64,000 nucleotides of DNA from Mycobacteriales bacterium (GTDB lineage Bacteria > Actinomycetota > Actinomycetes > Mycobacteriales > JACQDL01): NCBI GenBank assembly GCA_035476575.1, contig DATILL010000124.1, positions 9,039 through 73,038 on the forward strand, given 5' to 3'. The translations under genes were made by a program, and so were the position numbers. Each line of letters starts with the position of its first letter. Positions within the stretch are counted from its first letter, which is position 1. This document shows, piece after piece, positions 44,496-54,488 of the stretch. The notes beneath the pieces were generated by a model. The model saw only the letters and a program-made list of their open reading frames with translations. It made no database searches and was not told where the DNA came from.

Positions 44496-45017
44496 CCCGG
44501 GAGCTGAGCACGTGACGACGTTCGAGCCGGTGGTGCTGGCGACGGCGCGGCTGCGGCTGTACGAGCTCAGCCCGGGCCAGGCCGGCGAGCTGCTGCTCGG
44601 CCGGCAGCCGGTGCCTGGCGTCGCCTGGTCGGCCGGCTACCCGCTGGCCGGCACCCGGATCGCGGCCATCATGCTGACCAGCTCGGCCGAGGCCGGCGCG
44701 TGGCGGCCCGGCTTCGGGATATACCAGATCGTGCTGGCCGGCGCGGCGGTCGGCGACATCGGCTTCCACGGCGCCCCGGTGGACGGCCGGGTCGAGATCG
44801 GCTACGGCCTGGCCGCGCCAGCCCACGGCCGGGGCCTGGCCACCGAGGCGCTGACCGCCCTGGGGAGCTGGGCGCTCGACCAGCCCGAGGTCGCCGTGCT
44901 GACCGCCGAGACCGACCGCGGCAACCTCGCCTCCCAGCGGGTGCTCACCCGCGCCGGCTTCCGGCACCTGCGCGACGACGACGTCGCCCGGTACTTCGAG
45001 CTGACCGCCGAGGACCG

Positions 45018-46289
<1,272 letters not shown>

Positions 46290-46327
46290 CGGACCTCCGT
46301 CGTACTGCGGGTGGCGGGACGTCGACC

Positions 46328-46412
46328 CGGCACCCAGGCGCGCGGTGAAGGTCAGGCCGTGGCGTCGCTCCCCGGTGGTGGGCTCCACCTTTGTTGCGCC
46401 AGTCGCGACAAG
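46328..46412 (-). promoter_or_regulatory. ZTP (pfl-motif) riboswitch upstream of glyA
   Basis: The minus strand reads GCGACUGGCGCAACAAAGGUGGAGCCCACCACCGGGGAGCGACGCC...CACCGCGCGCCUGGGUGCCGGGUCG. It carries the conserved ACUGGCG, CCACCGGGG and CGCCUGGG elements of the two pfl subdomains. Confidence 0.75.
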
Positions 46413-46436
46413 CCGGATGCTACCCGCCGCCGCCGG

Positions 46437-46994
46437 CTACCGGCCGGCGCAGGCCGTCCGGACCGCCGCCGCCAGGGAGCCGGTCGGATCGTCCACCGAT
46501 AGCCGGACCGGTACGTCGCCGAGCGGGTTGACCGTCGTGATCAGCACCGTCCAGGGGCCGCCGGCCGCCCCGCAGTCGAGCGAGAACACGATCCCCAGCC
46601 GTCGGGACGCCCCACCGGGCAGCGGTCCGCCGGCCAGCCAGGCCGGGCGGCCGGCGATGGCGGGCTCGACCGATACCGCGGTGACGCCGACGGCCGGCTC
46701 CGACAGCAGGTATCTCAGGGGCATGGGCGCCCACCCGTCGTTATGCAGGTCCACCTCGACGGTCACCCGGCCCGCGCCTCGCTGGACGTCGTGGCCGACC
46801 AGAACCACCGACAGGCGAGGCCACAGCAGCCCGGACCAGATCCCCAGGCCGCCGACGAGCAGCACCACCGCGAGCCCGCCAAAAAGCGGCAGCCGGGACC
46901 GGCCTCGGGCGGGTCTGACCCGCTCCCAGGTCCGGTCGTCGAGCTCCGCCCTCGCCGTCGTCACGGCTGCTCCCCCATGCTCGGTTGCCGTCAC
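46437..46994 (-). CDS. Hypothetical membrane-anchored protein
   Basis: ORF 46437..47159 has a single TM segment (LPLFGGLAVVLLVGGLGIWSGLLW) followed by a beta-rich domain. The start is uncertain, and 46994 is chosen to avoid the palindrome at 47038-47063. Confidence 0.45.
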   Translation of the reverse strand: MTATEHGGAAVTTARAELDDRTWERVRPARGRSRLPLFGGLAVVLLVGGLGIWSGLLWPRLSVVLVGHDVQRGAGRVTVEVDLHNDGWAPMPLRYLLSEPAVGVTAVSVEPAIAGRPAWLAGGPLPGGASRRLGIVFSLDCGAAGGPWTVLITTVNPLGDVPVRLSVDDPTGSLAAAVRTACAGR

Positions 46995-47037
46995 TCCACC
47001 GTCACTCTGCCGTCTCTGTCGTCGCCGTCCACTGTAT

Positions 47038-47063
47038 GAATGTATCAACATGGTGATACATTC
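47038..47063. promoter_or_regulatory. Perfect 10-6-10 palindrome, candidate GntR/YtrA operator
   Basis: GAATGTATCA-ACATGG-TGATACATTC, AT-rich for this genome, 27 nt upstream of the membrane-protein/GntR operon start at 47090. Confidence 0.4.
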
Positions 47064-47089
47064 TGTCGAGACAGGCAAGGGAGAGACGG

Positions 47090-47920
47090 ATGTTGGCACT
47101 CTTCGACACCATGGCCTACCTTCTGGTGCCCGCCGTGTTGGTCGTGGCCGGCGGCGCACCGGTTCGGCGGGCCCGGCTGGAGTCCTTCGCGGTGGCCCAC
47201 CAGATCCCGGTCACGGAGGAGAACGGCCCCATGCTGGTGCGGCACCTGGCCCGCACCCGCCGGTTCCGGTGCTGGTGCGCCGCGGCCGGCTGGCTGCTGG
47301 CACCACTGCCCGCCGTAGCCGGCCTCCCGCCGGCGAACCCGCCGAGCTGGTCGGTGCTGGGCTACCTGGTCGGCGCGCTGCTCGCGGAGCTGACCGGTCG
47401 GGCGCTCCAGCCGGTCGGCCCGCCCCGGGCCGACCTCACGCCCCGCAGGGTGGCCGACTACGTCTCACCGACCGCCCGACTGGGGCCGATCGTGCTGGCC
47501 GTGCTCGCCCCGCTGCTGCTGACCGCCCGGCTGACCTGGCCGCCGAGGGACGGTGGCTGGCCGAGCGACCAGCAGGTTGTCGGCACGACGGTGGCCGTGG
47601 TGCTGCTGGCCGTGGTGCTGGTCTGCGCCCGCCGCTGGATCGCGTCCCGGCGACAGCCCGCGCTAGCGGAGGACGTCCGGCGGGCGGACGACGCGCTGCG
47701 GGCCAACGCCATGCAGACTCTGTCCGGGGGCGGGCTGGCGGTGATGTGCTTTCTCATGCAGTCGCTCACCGCGGTCGACGTGCACCAGATTCCGGCCAGC
47801 CAGGTGCTGGGCTGGCTGCGCGCCAGTCTCGTGGTCGGCCTGCTGGCGCTCGGGGTGGTCGCCTGGTTCGGAATGCGCACGCTCGCGGTGCCGGTGCGCA
47901 GGCGACGAGTCTCGGCGTGA
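47090..47920 (+). CDS. Hypothetical polytopic membrane protein (first gene of GntR operon)
   Basis: 276-aa ORF with about 6 hydrophobic segments. Its stop overlaps the GntR GTG (GTGA). Confidence 0.6.
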   Translation: MLALFDTMAYLLVPAVLVVAGGAPVRRARLESFAVAHQIPVTEENGPMLVRHLARTRRFRCWCAAAGWLLAPLPAVAGLPPANPPSWSVLGYLVGALLAELTGRALQPVGPPRADLTPRRVADYVSPTARLGPIVLAVLAPLLLTARLTWPPRDGGWPSDQQVVGTTVAVVLLAVVLVCARRWIASRRQPALAEDVRRADDALRANAMQTLSGGGLAVMCFLMQSLTAVDVHQIPASQVLGWLRASLVVGLLALGVVAWFGMRTLAVPVRRRRVSA

Positions 47921-48318
47921 TCGTCGAGATCGACCCAGCCTCGCCGCTGCCTCCGTATGAGCAGATCCGGCAGCAGGTCGCGGCCCTCGTCGGCTCTGGC
48001 GAGCTGCCGGTCAGTGCCCGGCTGCCCAGCATCAGGCAGCTCTCCGCGGATCTCGGGCTGGCCGCCGGAACGGTGGCCCGGGCCTATCGCGAGCTGGAGG
48101 CAGCGGGCTACCTGAAGAGCCGGGTCGGCCAGGGCACCGTGGTCGCCGGCCGGCCGGGTCTGCCCGCGGCCGAGCGTCGCCGCCGGCTGGCGGACGCCGC
48201 CCGTGCCTACGCCAGCGCGGTGCGACAGCTCGGCGTTGAGCCGGCCAGTGCCCTGGACGCCGTCCGCCACGAGCTCGACCAACACCCGGGCCGGTCACCC
48301 GGGCCCGCCGCACCGTAA
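47917..48318 (+). CDS. GntR-family (YtrA-like, short effector domain) transcriptional regulator
   Basis: PLPPYEQIRQQVAALVGSGELPVSARLPSIRQLSADLGLAAGTVARAYRELEAAGYLKSRVGQGTVV. Confidence 0.85.
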   Translation: MIVEIDPASPLPPYEQIRQQVAALVGSGELPVSARLPSIRQLSADLGLAAGTVARAYRELEAAGYLKSRVGQGTVVAGRPGLPAAERRRRLADAARAYASAVRQLGVEPASALDAVRHELDQHPGRSPGPAAP

Positions 48319-48469
48319 CCGGGCCCGCCTGCGAACGGGCCGGATGGGGGCCGGGCAGGATGGGGCGGTGCCAGCGGGAGACACCGTGTCGATTCGCCGG
48401 CGTCCCGTTCGTCATGACAGTGACCGCAGCCGCTGTGGTCACCCGCGAAAGACAACCCGAGGGGGGAAC

Positions 48470-48817
48470 ATGTAGTTCCTGTTGCTGATCCACGCCGACG
48501 AGGTCGCCTAGGACAACGCGACCAAGGACGAACGCAAGGAAATGTACACCGCACACGAGGCGTTCGTCGGGGCCATGCAGGAGGCCGGCGTGACGGGCGT
48601 CGCGAGCGCCCAGCTCGGCAACAGCTCGGCTGGCGCGATCGTGCGCGGGCAGGGCGCGGACGCGCTGGTCACCGACGGGCCGTTCGCCGAGGCCCGCGAG
48701 CAGCTCGCCGGGCTGTACGTGCTCGACTGCGCGGACCTGGACGAGGCGCTGGCGCTGGCCACGCTGGTGCCCGGGTCGCCCGGCCTCGCCGTCGAGATCC
48801 GTCCCGCCATGTCCTGA
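48470..48817 (+). pseudogene. YciI-family (DGPF) gene with two in-frame TAG codons
   Basis: GAGGGGGG RBS, then ATG TAG TTC CTG TTG CTG ATC CAC GCC GAC GAG GVC... The reading is M*FLLLIHADEVA*DNATKDERKEMYTAHEAF...DGPFAEAREQLAGLYVLDC. Stops are at 48473-75 and 48509-11, in positions where K/Q and W are expected. Confidence 0.7.
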
Positions 48818-48822
48818 CCGCC

Positions 48823-50100
48823 GTGGCCACCGGCACCGGCACCGCCGACGTCGCGGCCGCGGTCGAGCGGGCGCACCGGGACCACTGGGCGCGCCTGCTC
48901 GCCCTGCTCACCGGCCAGCTCCGCAGCCTGGACCTGGCCGAGGACTGCCTGGCCGAGGCGTTCGTGTCCGCGCTGTCCGCCTGGGCCGGTCAGGGCGTGC
49001 CAGCCCGCCCGGAGGCGTGGCTGCTCACCACCGCGCGCAACCGGGCGATCGACGTGCTGCGCCGGGAGGCCACGGTCGCCCGCAAGCTGCCGCTGCTCAT
49101 CACCGACCCGGTCCAGACCGGCGAGCCGACCGACGGGGAGGATGAGATGCCCACCATCCCCCACGAGCGGCTGCGGCTGCTGTTCACCTGCTGCCATCCG
49201 GTGTTCACCTGCTGCCATCCGGCGCTGGCGCCGGAGGCCCGGGTGGCGCTGACCCTGCGCTGCGTCGGTGGGCTGACCACGTCCGAGGTGGCCCGCGCCT
49301 TCCTGGTCGCCGAGCCCACGATGGCGGCCCGGATCACCCGGGCCAAGAAGAAGATCACCGCGGCCGGCATCCCCTACCGGGTGCCCGCCGACACCGAGCT
49401 CCCCGAGCGGCTGTCCGGGGTGCTCGCCGTCCTGTACCTCATCTTCACCGAGGGGTACGCCGTCACGTCGGGCGACGTACCGATCCGGCGGGAGCTGGCG
49501 GCCGAGGCGATCCGGCTGGCCCGGACCGTTGCCGGGCTGATGCCGGACGAGCCGGAGGTGCCGGCGCTGCTGGCCCTGATGCTGCTGCAGCACTCCCGCC
49601 GGGACGCCCGCTTCGCCGCCGACGGCCGGCTGGTGCTGCTGCCGACCAGGACCGGTCGCGCTGGCCCGCCGCGGAGATCGCCGAGGCGACTGGGCTGATC
49701 GCGCGGGCCGTCCGGCGCGGCCAGCCTGCCGGGGCCGTACCTCCTGCAGGCGGCCATCGCCGCCGAGCACGCCGCCACCCGCCGGGCCGAGGACACCGAC
49801 TGGCTGGCTATCGCCACGCTGTACGGCGAGCTGGAGCGGCTGACCGGCTCGCCGGTGGTCCGGCTCAACCGGGCCGTGGCGGTGGCCGAGGTGGACGGTC
49901 CGGCGGCCGGGCTGGCGCTGCTGGCCGGGCTGGACGGGCCGCTCGCCCGGTACCACCTGCTGCCGGCCGTGCGGGCCGACCTGCTCCGCCGGCTCGGCCG
50001 GACCGCCGAGGCCAGTACGGCGTACGACGAGGCCATCGCGCTGGCCGGCGCCACCGCCGAACGCGAGTTCCCCCAGCGCCGCCGCGCCGAGCTTCCCTGA
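48823..50100 (+). pseudogene. ECF-like sigma-70 family factor (YciI-associated type with C-terminal extension), frameshifted
   Basis: Frame A carries the N-part (WLLTTARNRAIDVLRRE...LTLRCVGGLTTSEVARAF) and the C-part (GPYLLQAAIAAEHA...). The conserved segment DQDRSRW...GLIARAVRRGQ is in another frame between about 49644 and 49733, and frame A hits TGA at 49696. There is also a 21-bp in-frame duplication at 49181-49222. Confidence 0.7.
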
Positions 50101-50150
50101 CCGCCGTCCCGCCCCTCCGCTCGGCCCACTTGTCACGAAGGTGGCGTTCG

Positions 50151-50181
50151 TTGACAGACAAGGTTATGGGCGTTTTAGTAC
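50151..50181 (+). promoter_or_regulatory. Candidate promoter in the AT-rich patch upstream of the carboxypeptidase gene
   Basis: TTGACA at 50151, followed 17-19 nt later by TTTAGTAC. Embedded in the imperfect inverted repeat CTTGTCACGAA...TTCGTTGACAGACAAG. Confidence 0.3.
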
Positions 50182-50259
50182 ATATCACGTGTGCCAGACC
50201 GGCATGCCATCCCCTCACCGCCGGTCCATCCCCGGGACCGGCCCCGGCAGGAGGTCAGC

Positions 50260-51606
50260 GTGGAGCGCAGACGCCTGTTCGTCCTGCTCACGGCACTCGC
50301 CATGAGCCTCTTGATCCCCGCCAGCATGGGTCTGGCCGCGCCCAGCGGCCTGCCCCCGTCGTCCCCCGACCGCACCAGCGCCGACTACCGCGTCGTCGGC
50401 GCGAAGACGGCCGTCGACCGCAGCGCGATCGCCCGCACCGGCGCTGCGATCAACTACGTCGAGGACGCCGCGATCAACGTCACCGCCACCCCCGAGGAGG
50501 TCCGCAAGATCCAGAAGCTCGGCTTCACCGTCGCCCTGGACTCCGTACCGGCGCCTAGCGGCACCGTCGGGACCAACGACTTCCCCACCGCCGACTCGAA
50601 CTACCACAACTACGCCGAGATGACCACGGAGGTCAACAACCTGGTTGCCGCCCACCCGACCATCGCGCAGCAGAGCGTGATCGGCCAGTCCTACCAGGGT
50701 CGCAACATCGTCGTGGTGAAGATCTCCGACAACGTTGCCACCGACGAGGCCGAGCCCGAGGTGCTCTTCACCCACCACCAGCACGCCCGCGAGCACCTGA
50801 CCGTGGAGATGGCGCTGTACCTGCTGCACCAGCTCCTCGACCTCTACGGCAGCGACACCCACATCACCGACCTGGTCAACAGCCGGGAGATCTGGATCGT
50901 GCCGGATCTGAACCCGGACGGCGGCGAGTACGACATCGCGACCGGCGCATACCGGTCCTGGCGCAAGAACCGCCAGCCGAACGCCGGCTCGTCCTTCGTC
51001 GGCACCGACCTGAACCGCAACTGGGGCTACAAGTGGGGCTGCTGCGGCGGATCGTCCGGCAGCACGTCGAGCGAGACCTACCGGGGCTCGGCGCCGTTCT
51101 CCGCACCAGAGACGCTCGCCCTGTCGAGCTGGGTGAAGACCCGGGTGGTCGGCGGCAAGCAGCAGATCACCACCAACATCGACTTCCACACCTACAGCCA
51201 GCTGGTGCTCTGGCCTTACGGCTACACCTTCAACGACACCGACCCCGGGCTGACCGCCGACGACCAGGCCGTCTACTCCACCATGGGCAACGCGATGGCC
51301 GCCAGCAACGGCTACACCCCCGAGCAGGCCAGCGACCTGTACATCGCCGACGGGACGATCGACGACTGGCTGTGGGGAAGCCAGCACATCTTCAGCTACA
51401 CCTTCGAGATGTATCCCGGGCCGTCCGGCTCGGGCGGCGGCTTCTACCCGCCGGACGAGGTGATCTCGGCACAGACCTCCCGGAACCGGGCCGCCGTGCT
51501 CTACCTGCTGGACAACTCCGACTGCCCGTACAAGGTGATCGGCAAGCAGGCGCAGTACTGCGGCGGGCCACCCCCGCCAGGCACGACGTTCACCAACGGC
51601 ACCTAA
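50260..51606 (+). CDS. Secreted M14 zinc carboxypeptidase (carboxypeptidase T/SGCP-like)
   Basis: AGGAGG plus GTG at 50260, signal peptide, then [12 protein letters not shown] (HxxE zinc site), [29 protein letters not shown] and FTFEMY. Ends at TAA 51604-06. Confidence 0.85.
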   Translation: MERRRLFVLLTALAMSLLIPASMGLAAPSGLPPSSPDRTSADYRVVGAKTAVDRSAIARTGAAINYVEDAAINVTATPEEVRKIQKLGFTVALDSVPAPSGTVGTNDFPTADSNYHNYAEMTTEVNNLVAAHPTIAQQSVIGQSYQGRNIVVVKISDNVATDEAEPEVLFTHHQHAREHLTVEMALYLLHQLLDLYGSDTHITDLVNSREIWIVPDLNPDGGEYDIATGAYRSWRKNRQPNAGSSFVGTDLNRNWGYKWGCCGGSSGSTSSETYRGSAPFSAPETLALSSWVKTRVVGGKQQITTNIDFHTYSQLVLWPYGYTFNDTDPGLTADDQAVYSTMGNAMAASNGYTPEQASDLYIADGTIDDWLWGSQHIFSYTFEMYPGPSGSGGGFYPPDEVISAQTSRNRAAVLYLLDNSDCPYKVIGKQAQYCGGPPPPGTTFTNGT

Positions 51607-51607
51607 C

Positions 51608-51922
51608 GTGTCCATCCCGGACGCCGGGGCGGCGGTGTTCAGCCCGATCACGATGAGCGGCGTCAGCGGCAACGCGCCGGCGACCCTGCCGGTGTCAGTG
51701 AACATCCAGCACACCTGGCGGGGTGACCTGGTGATCGACCTGGTCGCGCCGGACGGCTCGACGTACCGGCTGAAGAGCTTGAGCAGCTCGGACAGCGCCG
51801 ACATCGCGACGTACACCGTCAACGCCTCCAGCGAGGTCGCCAACGGCACCTGGCAGCTCAAGGTGCAGGACGTGGCTGCTCAGGACGTCGGCTTCATCGA
51901 CACCTGGAGCCTGACCTTCTGA
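51608..51922 (+). pseudogene. Proprotein-convertase P-domain fragment, probably the detached C-terminal domain of the carboxypeptidase
   Basis: VSIPDAGAAVFSPITMSGVSGNAP...HTWRGDLVIDLVAPDGSTYRL...GTWQLKVQDVAAQDVGFIDTWSLTF has no signal peptide of its own. Removing one nt at 51604-06 would join it in frame (..FTNGT-N/Y-VSIPD..). Confidence 0.65.
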
Positions 51923-51936
51923 CGTCCCCACCCAGT

Positions 51937-52018
51937 GTGGTCACCTCTCGGCGTTGTGGTGACCTCTTGTTGGTCCAAGGACCCCAAGAGGTCACCACAC
52001 GGCGCAGAGGTGACCACA
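51937..52018. repeat. Palindromic 12-mer repeat cluster 3 (inverted pair of units)
   Basis: GTGGTCACCTCTCGGCGTTGTGGTGACCTCT-tgttggtccaaggaccccaag-AGAGGTCACCACACGGCGCAGAGGTGACCAC. Confidence 0.85.
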
Positions 52019-52091
52019 CCAGGAGCCTGAGGCATGGTGAGCGGGCCCGATGCGGGTGAGCCGACCCCGCAGCCGCTCTACGCTGGGCACC

Positions 52092-53226
52092 ATGACGCCG
52101 GACGACGAGGAGTTCCTCACCAACGTCTACCAACAGCTCGACAAGCGCGCCGGGCCGCCGACCTCCCCGCAGTACCGCACTGGAGGAGCTGCCCGGTGAC
52201 GTGATCGGGCCGGACGCCGTCCGCCTGCTCGGGCGCAGCGTCGCCCGGACGACGCCCGGCGAGGCGTTCTTCCTCACCGGGCTGCGCGGTTCCGGCAAGA
52301 CAGTCCAACTGCTCCGGCTCAAGCAGGACCTGGAACGAAGCGGCTTCGCCGTGGTGATGTTCAGCGCCGAGGACTACCCCAACATGCACGAGCCGCTGAA
52401 CATCGTGGACATGCTGTTCTTCCTGGTCGGTGCAATCTCCGACAAAGCGGTCGAGAGCGATCTGATCGACACCGACGGCACGGGCGACTCACCGGGCTGG
52501 TCCCGGCTGCGCACCTGGCTGAAGAAGCTGCCCGGCAGGATCGAGCTGACCCGAGCGCGGAGCTGAGCTTTCCGGCGCTGCTGGAGGCGAAGGTCAGCCT
52601 CAAGGCCGAGCTGCGCCGTGACCGTTCGTTCGTCGCCGCGCTGCGGGACCTCCTGGAGGGCCGGCTGTCCGAGCTGGTCAGCCAGGCGGACCAGATCGTC
52701 ACCGAGCTGGCCGAGAAGATGCGGGCCCGGTGATGGGATCCGACATCCTGAAAGGGCCTGGTGGTGATCGTCGACTCCCTGGGCCACAACCGCGCCGTGG
52801 AGAGCAAGCAGTTCCAGCAGGTCCGGCGGGCGCTGATCAACCTGTTCGACCGGGACTACGACAACCTGCGCCTCACCCGCTGCCGCACGATCTACACGCT
52901 GCCGACGTACGCCCCGGTGAGCGCCGGCAAGGTGGTCCGCCGGGTGACGAACGTCAAGATCGTCACCCGCAATGGCGACCTCGTGCCGGCCGGCGTCGAG
53001 GCGCTGCGCACCCTGCTCGCCCGCCGCATTCCGAGCGGCGACCTGCTGCGGATCTTCCCAGACGACAAGGCGGGCACCTGCACATCCTGCTCATGCTCGC
53101 CATGGAGGTGATCACGCAGGCCGAGTCGCTGACCAGCATTTCGTGCTGGGCTACCAGAACGGCAGGACGTGGTACGACGTGCACCCGCTGCTGCGTGACG
53201 AGATCGGCGATGGCCAGCCGGGCTGA
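52092..53226 (+). pseudogene. P-loop NTPase gene (unassigned family) with about six frameshifts
   Basis: Coding signal hops between frames: MTPDDEEFLTNVYQQLDK.. / ..LEELPGDVIGPDAVRLLGR...FFLTGLRGSGKTVQLL (Walker A) / ELSFPALLEAKVSLKAELRRD... / VVIVDSLGHNRAV (Walker B-like) / HLHILLMLAMEVITQAESLT / HFVLGYQNGRTWYDVHPLLRDEI. Confidence 0.5.
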
Positions 53227-54240
53227 GCCCGAGCCGCGGTTCCTGTCCCCGGCCGGCGAGCGTGCCTGGACCTGGCTGCGCCGGCACCTGGACCTGGCGA
53301 ACGGCTTCTGGCTCGGCTTCGTCTTCACCGCCGACCAGTACGCCGAGCGCACCCTCCGGGAGCGGGCCAGGGGTAACCGACGGCTGCATGTGGCGCCGTT
53401 CGTCGTCCTGGAGCCGGGCACGCCCGGGGAGCTGGCCGACCTGCTCGGGGTTCTGGACGAACGGGCCGCCGATCCGCCCGGGTGTACCTGGGTGGCCGCC
53501 CCCCGGTCTGACCCGGACTGGGTCGAGGCGTGGGCGCGGTTCCTCAGGTCGCTGAACCACCGGCGCGAACCTGCGTGGCCGGCTCGGCGGGCTGGTCCTG
53601 GTCGCGTCGCCGGCTGCCAAGGCGCCCGCCCAGCTTGAGAGCCCGGACCTGTGGTTGGTGCGCGACCTGTTCGTCGAGCTGGCCGTCGAGCGGCCGGCAA
53701 CCCGTTGATGCCTCGAGAGCGCGAGCCGGGCACCGACGCAACGAACACCCGCGTAACCATGTCCGCGGCCTGTCGCTGGACGACTCCTCTGACGAGCTTG
53801 CCCACGAGACCGCAGTGCTGGTCGCGATGCCGCGGGGTGAGCTGGCGACGACGGGCCGGGATCGCGCGGCGAACGCGGTGGGACGCGCGCTGCGGGACGG
53901 CAGCGACCAGACGGCGGCGGTGCTGCTGCTGGCGATGGCCGAGGGGTACGCCGAGTCCGGCGACGTCGCCGGTGGGCTGGACCTGGCCCGCCGATCGCTG
54001 GACCTCTCCGATGCCGATGAGGAAACCCGGATCGGTGCCCTCGACCTCGCGGCCGAACTCGCCGTGGCCACCTCCGACTTCGAGCTCGGCACCCCCGAGG
54101 CCCTGCGCGACCTGTCCGTCAGCCTCGACAGGGTCGCCGAGATCGAGGAGCAGCTCGGTCACGACGTGGAGGCGGAGGCCGCCCACCGCCGGGCGGCCGA
54201 GGCCGAGAACCACTACACGATCATCACGGGAGATGCCTGA
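53210..54240 (+). pseudogene. Partner gene with helical/TPR-like C-terminus and at least two frameshifts
   Basis: MASRAEPEPRFLSPAGERAWTWLRRHLDLANGFWLGFVFTADQ...FLRSLNHRR (frame 2) / ANLRGRLGGLVLVASPAAKAPAQLESPDLWLVRDLFVEL (frame 0) / ...AAVLLLAMAEGYAESGDVAGGLDLARRSLDLSD... (frame 1). The start overlaps the NTPase 3' end. Confidence 0.45.
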
Positions 54241-54389
54241 CGGGCCAGCCCTGCCGCCTGACCGTCGTGATCCCGGTTGCTCTCGTTCTCCATTCGACTG
54301 TTCCGTGCCGAACGGCGAACAGGTCGGCCTCGCGGGCCGACATCTCGGCGTATGGATTGTGGACGTGCGTCGCCGACCATTCCGGCCCG

Positions 54390-54418
54390 GCCAGACGACC
54401 ATTTCAGCCGTCTGGCCG
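54390..54418. terminator. Stem-loop between convergent genes
   Basis: GGCCAGACG-accatttcagc-CGTCTGGCC (9-bp stem), between the partner pseudogene end and the lectin gene end. Confidence 0.35.
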
Positions 54419-54488
54419 GGCGCCGTACCCACCGGCCCAGCAGGCGCGGTGGCGACCCTTACGCCACGCTCGTCCGGACGTCGGTCAG

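Noticed and set aside
46290-46388. N-terminal extension of glyA (MEPTTGERRHGLTFTARLG...).
   Set aside because: The extension coincides with the ZTP riboswitch. The conserved SHMT N-terminus and a GGAGGT RBS support the ATG at 46289.
48473-48511. Two in-frame TAG codons in the YciI gene as programmed amber read-through or pyrrolysine.
   Set aside because: There is no pyl machinery in the window and none is expected in this lineage. The adjacent co-operonic sigma gene carries independent frameshifts, so ordinary pseudogenisation explains the codons.
52092-53226. Programmed ribosomal frameshifting to explain the split NTPase gene.
   Set aside because: About six shifts in both directions within 1.1 kb, with no recurring slippery motif at the junctions, is incompatible with programmed frameshifting.
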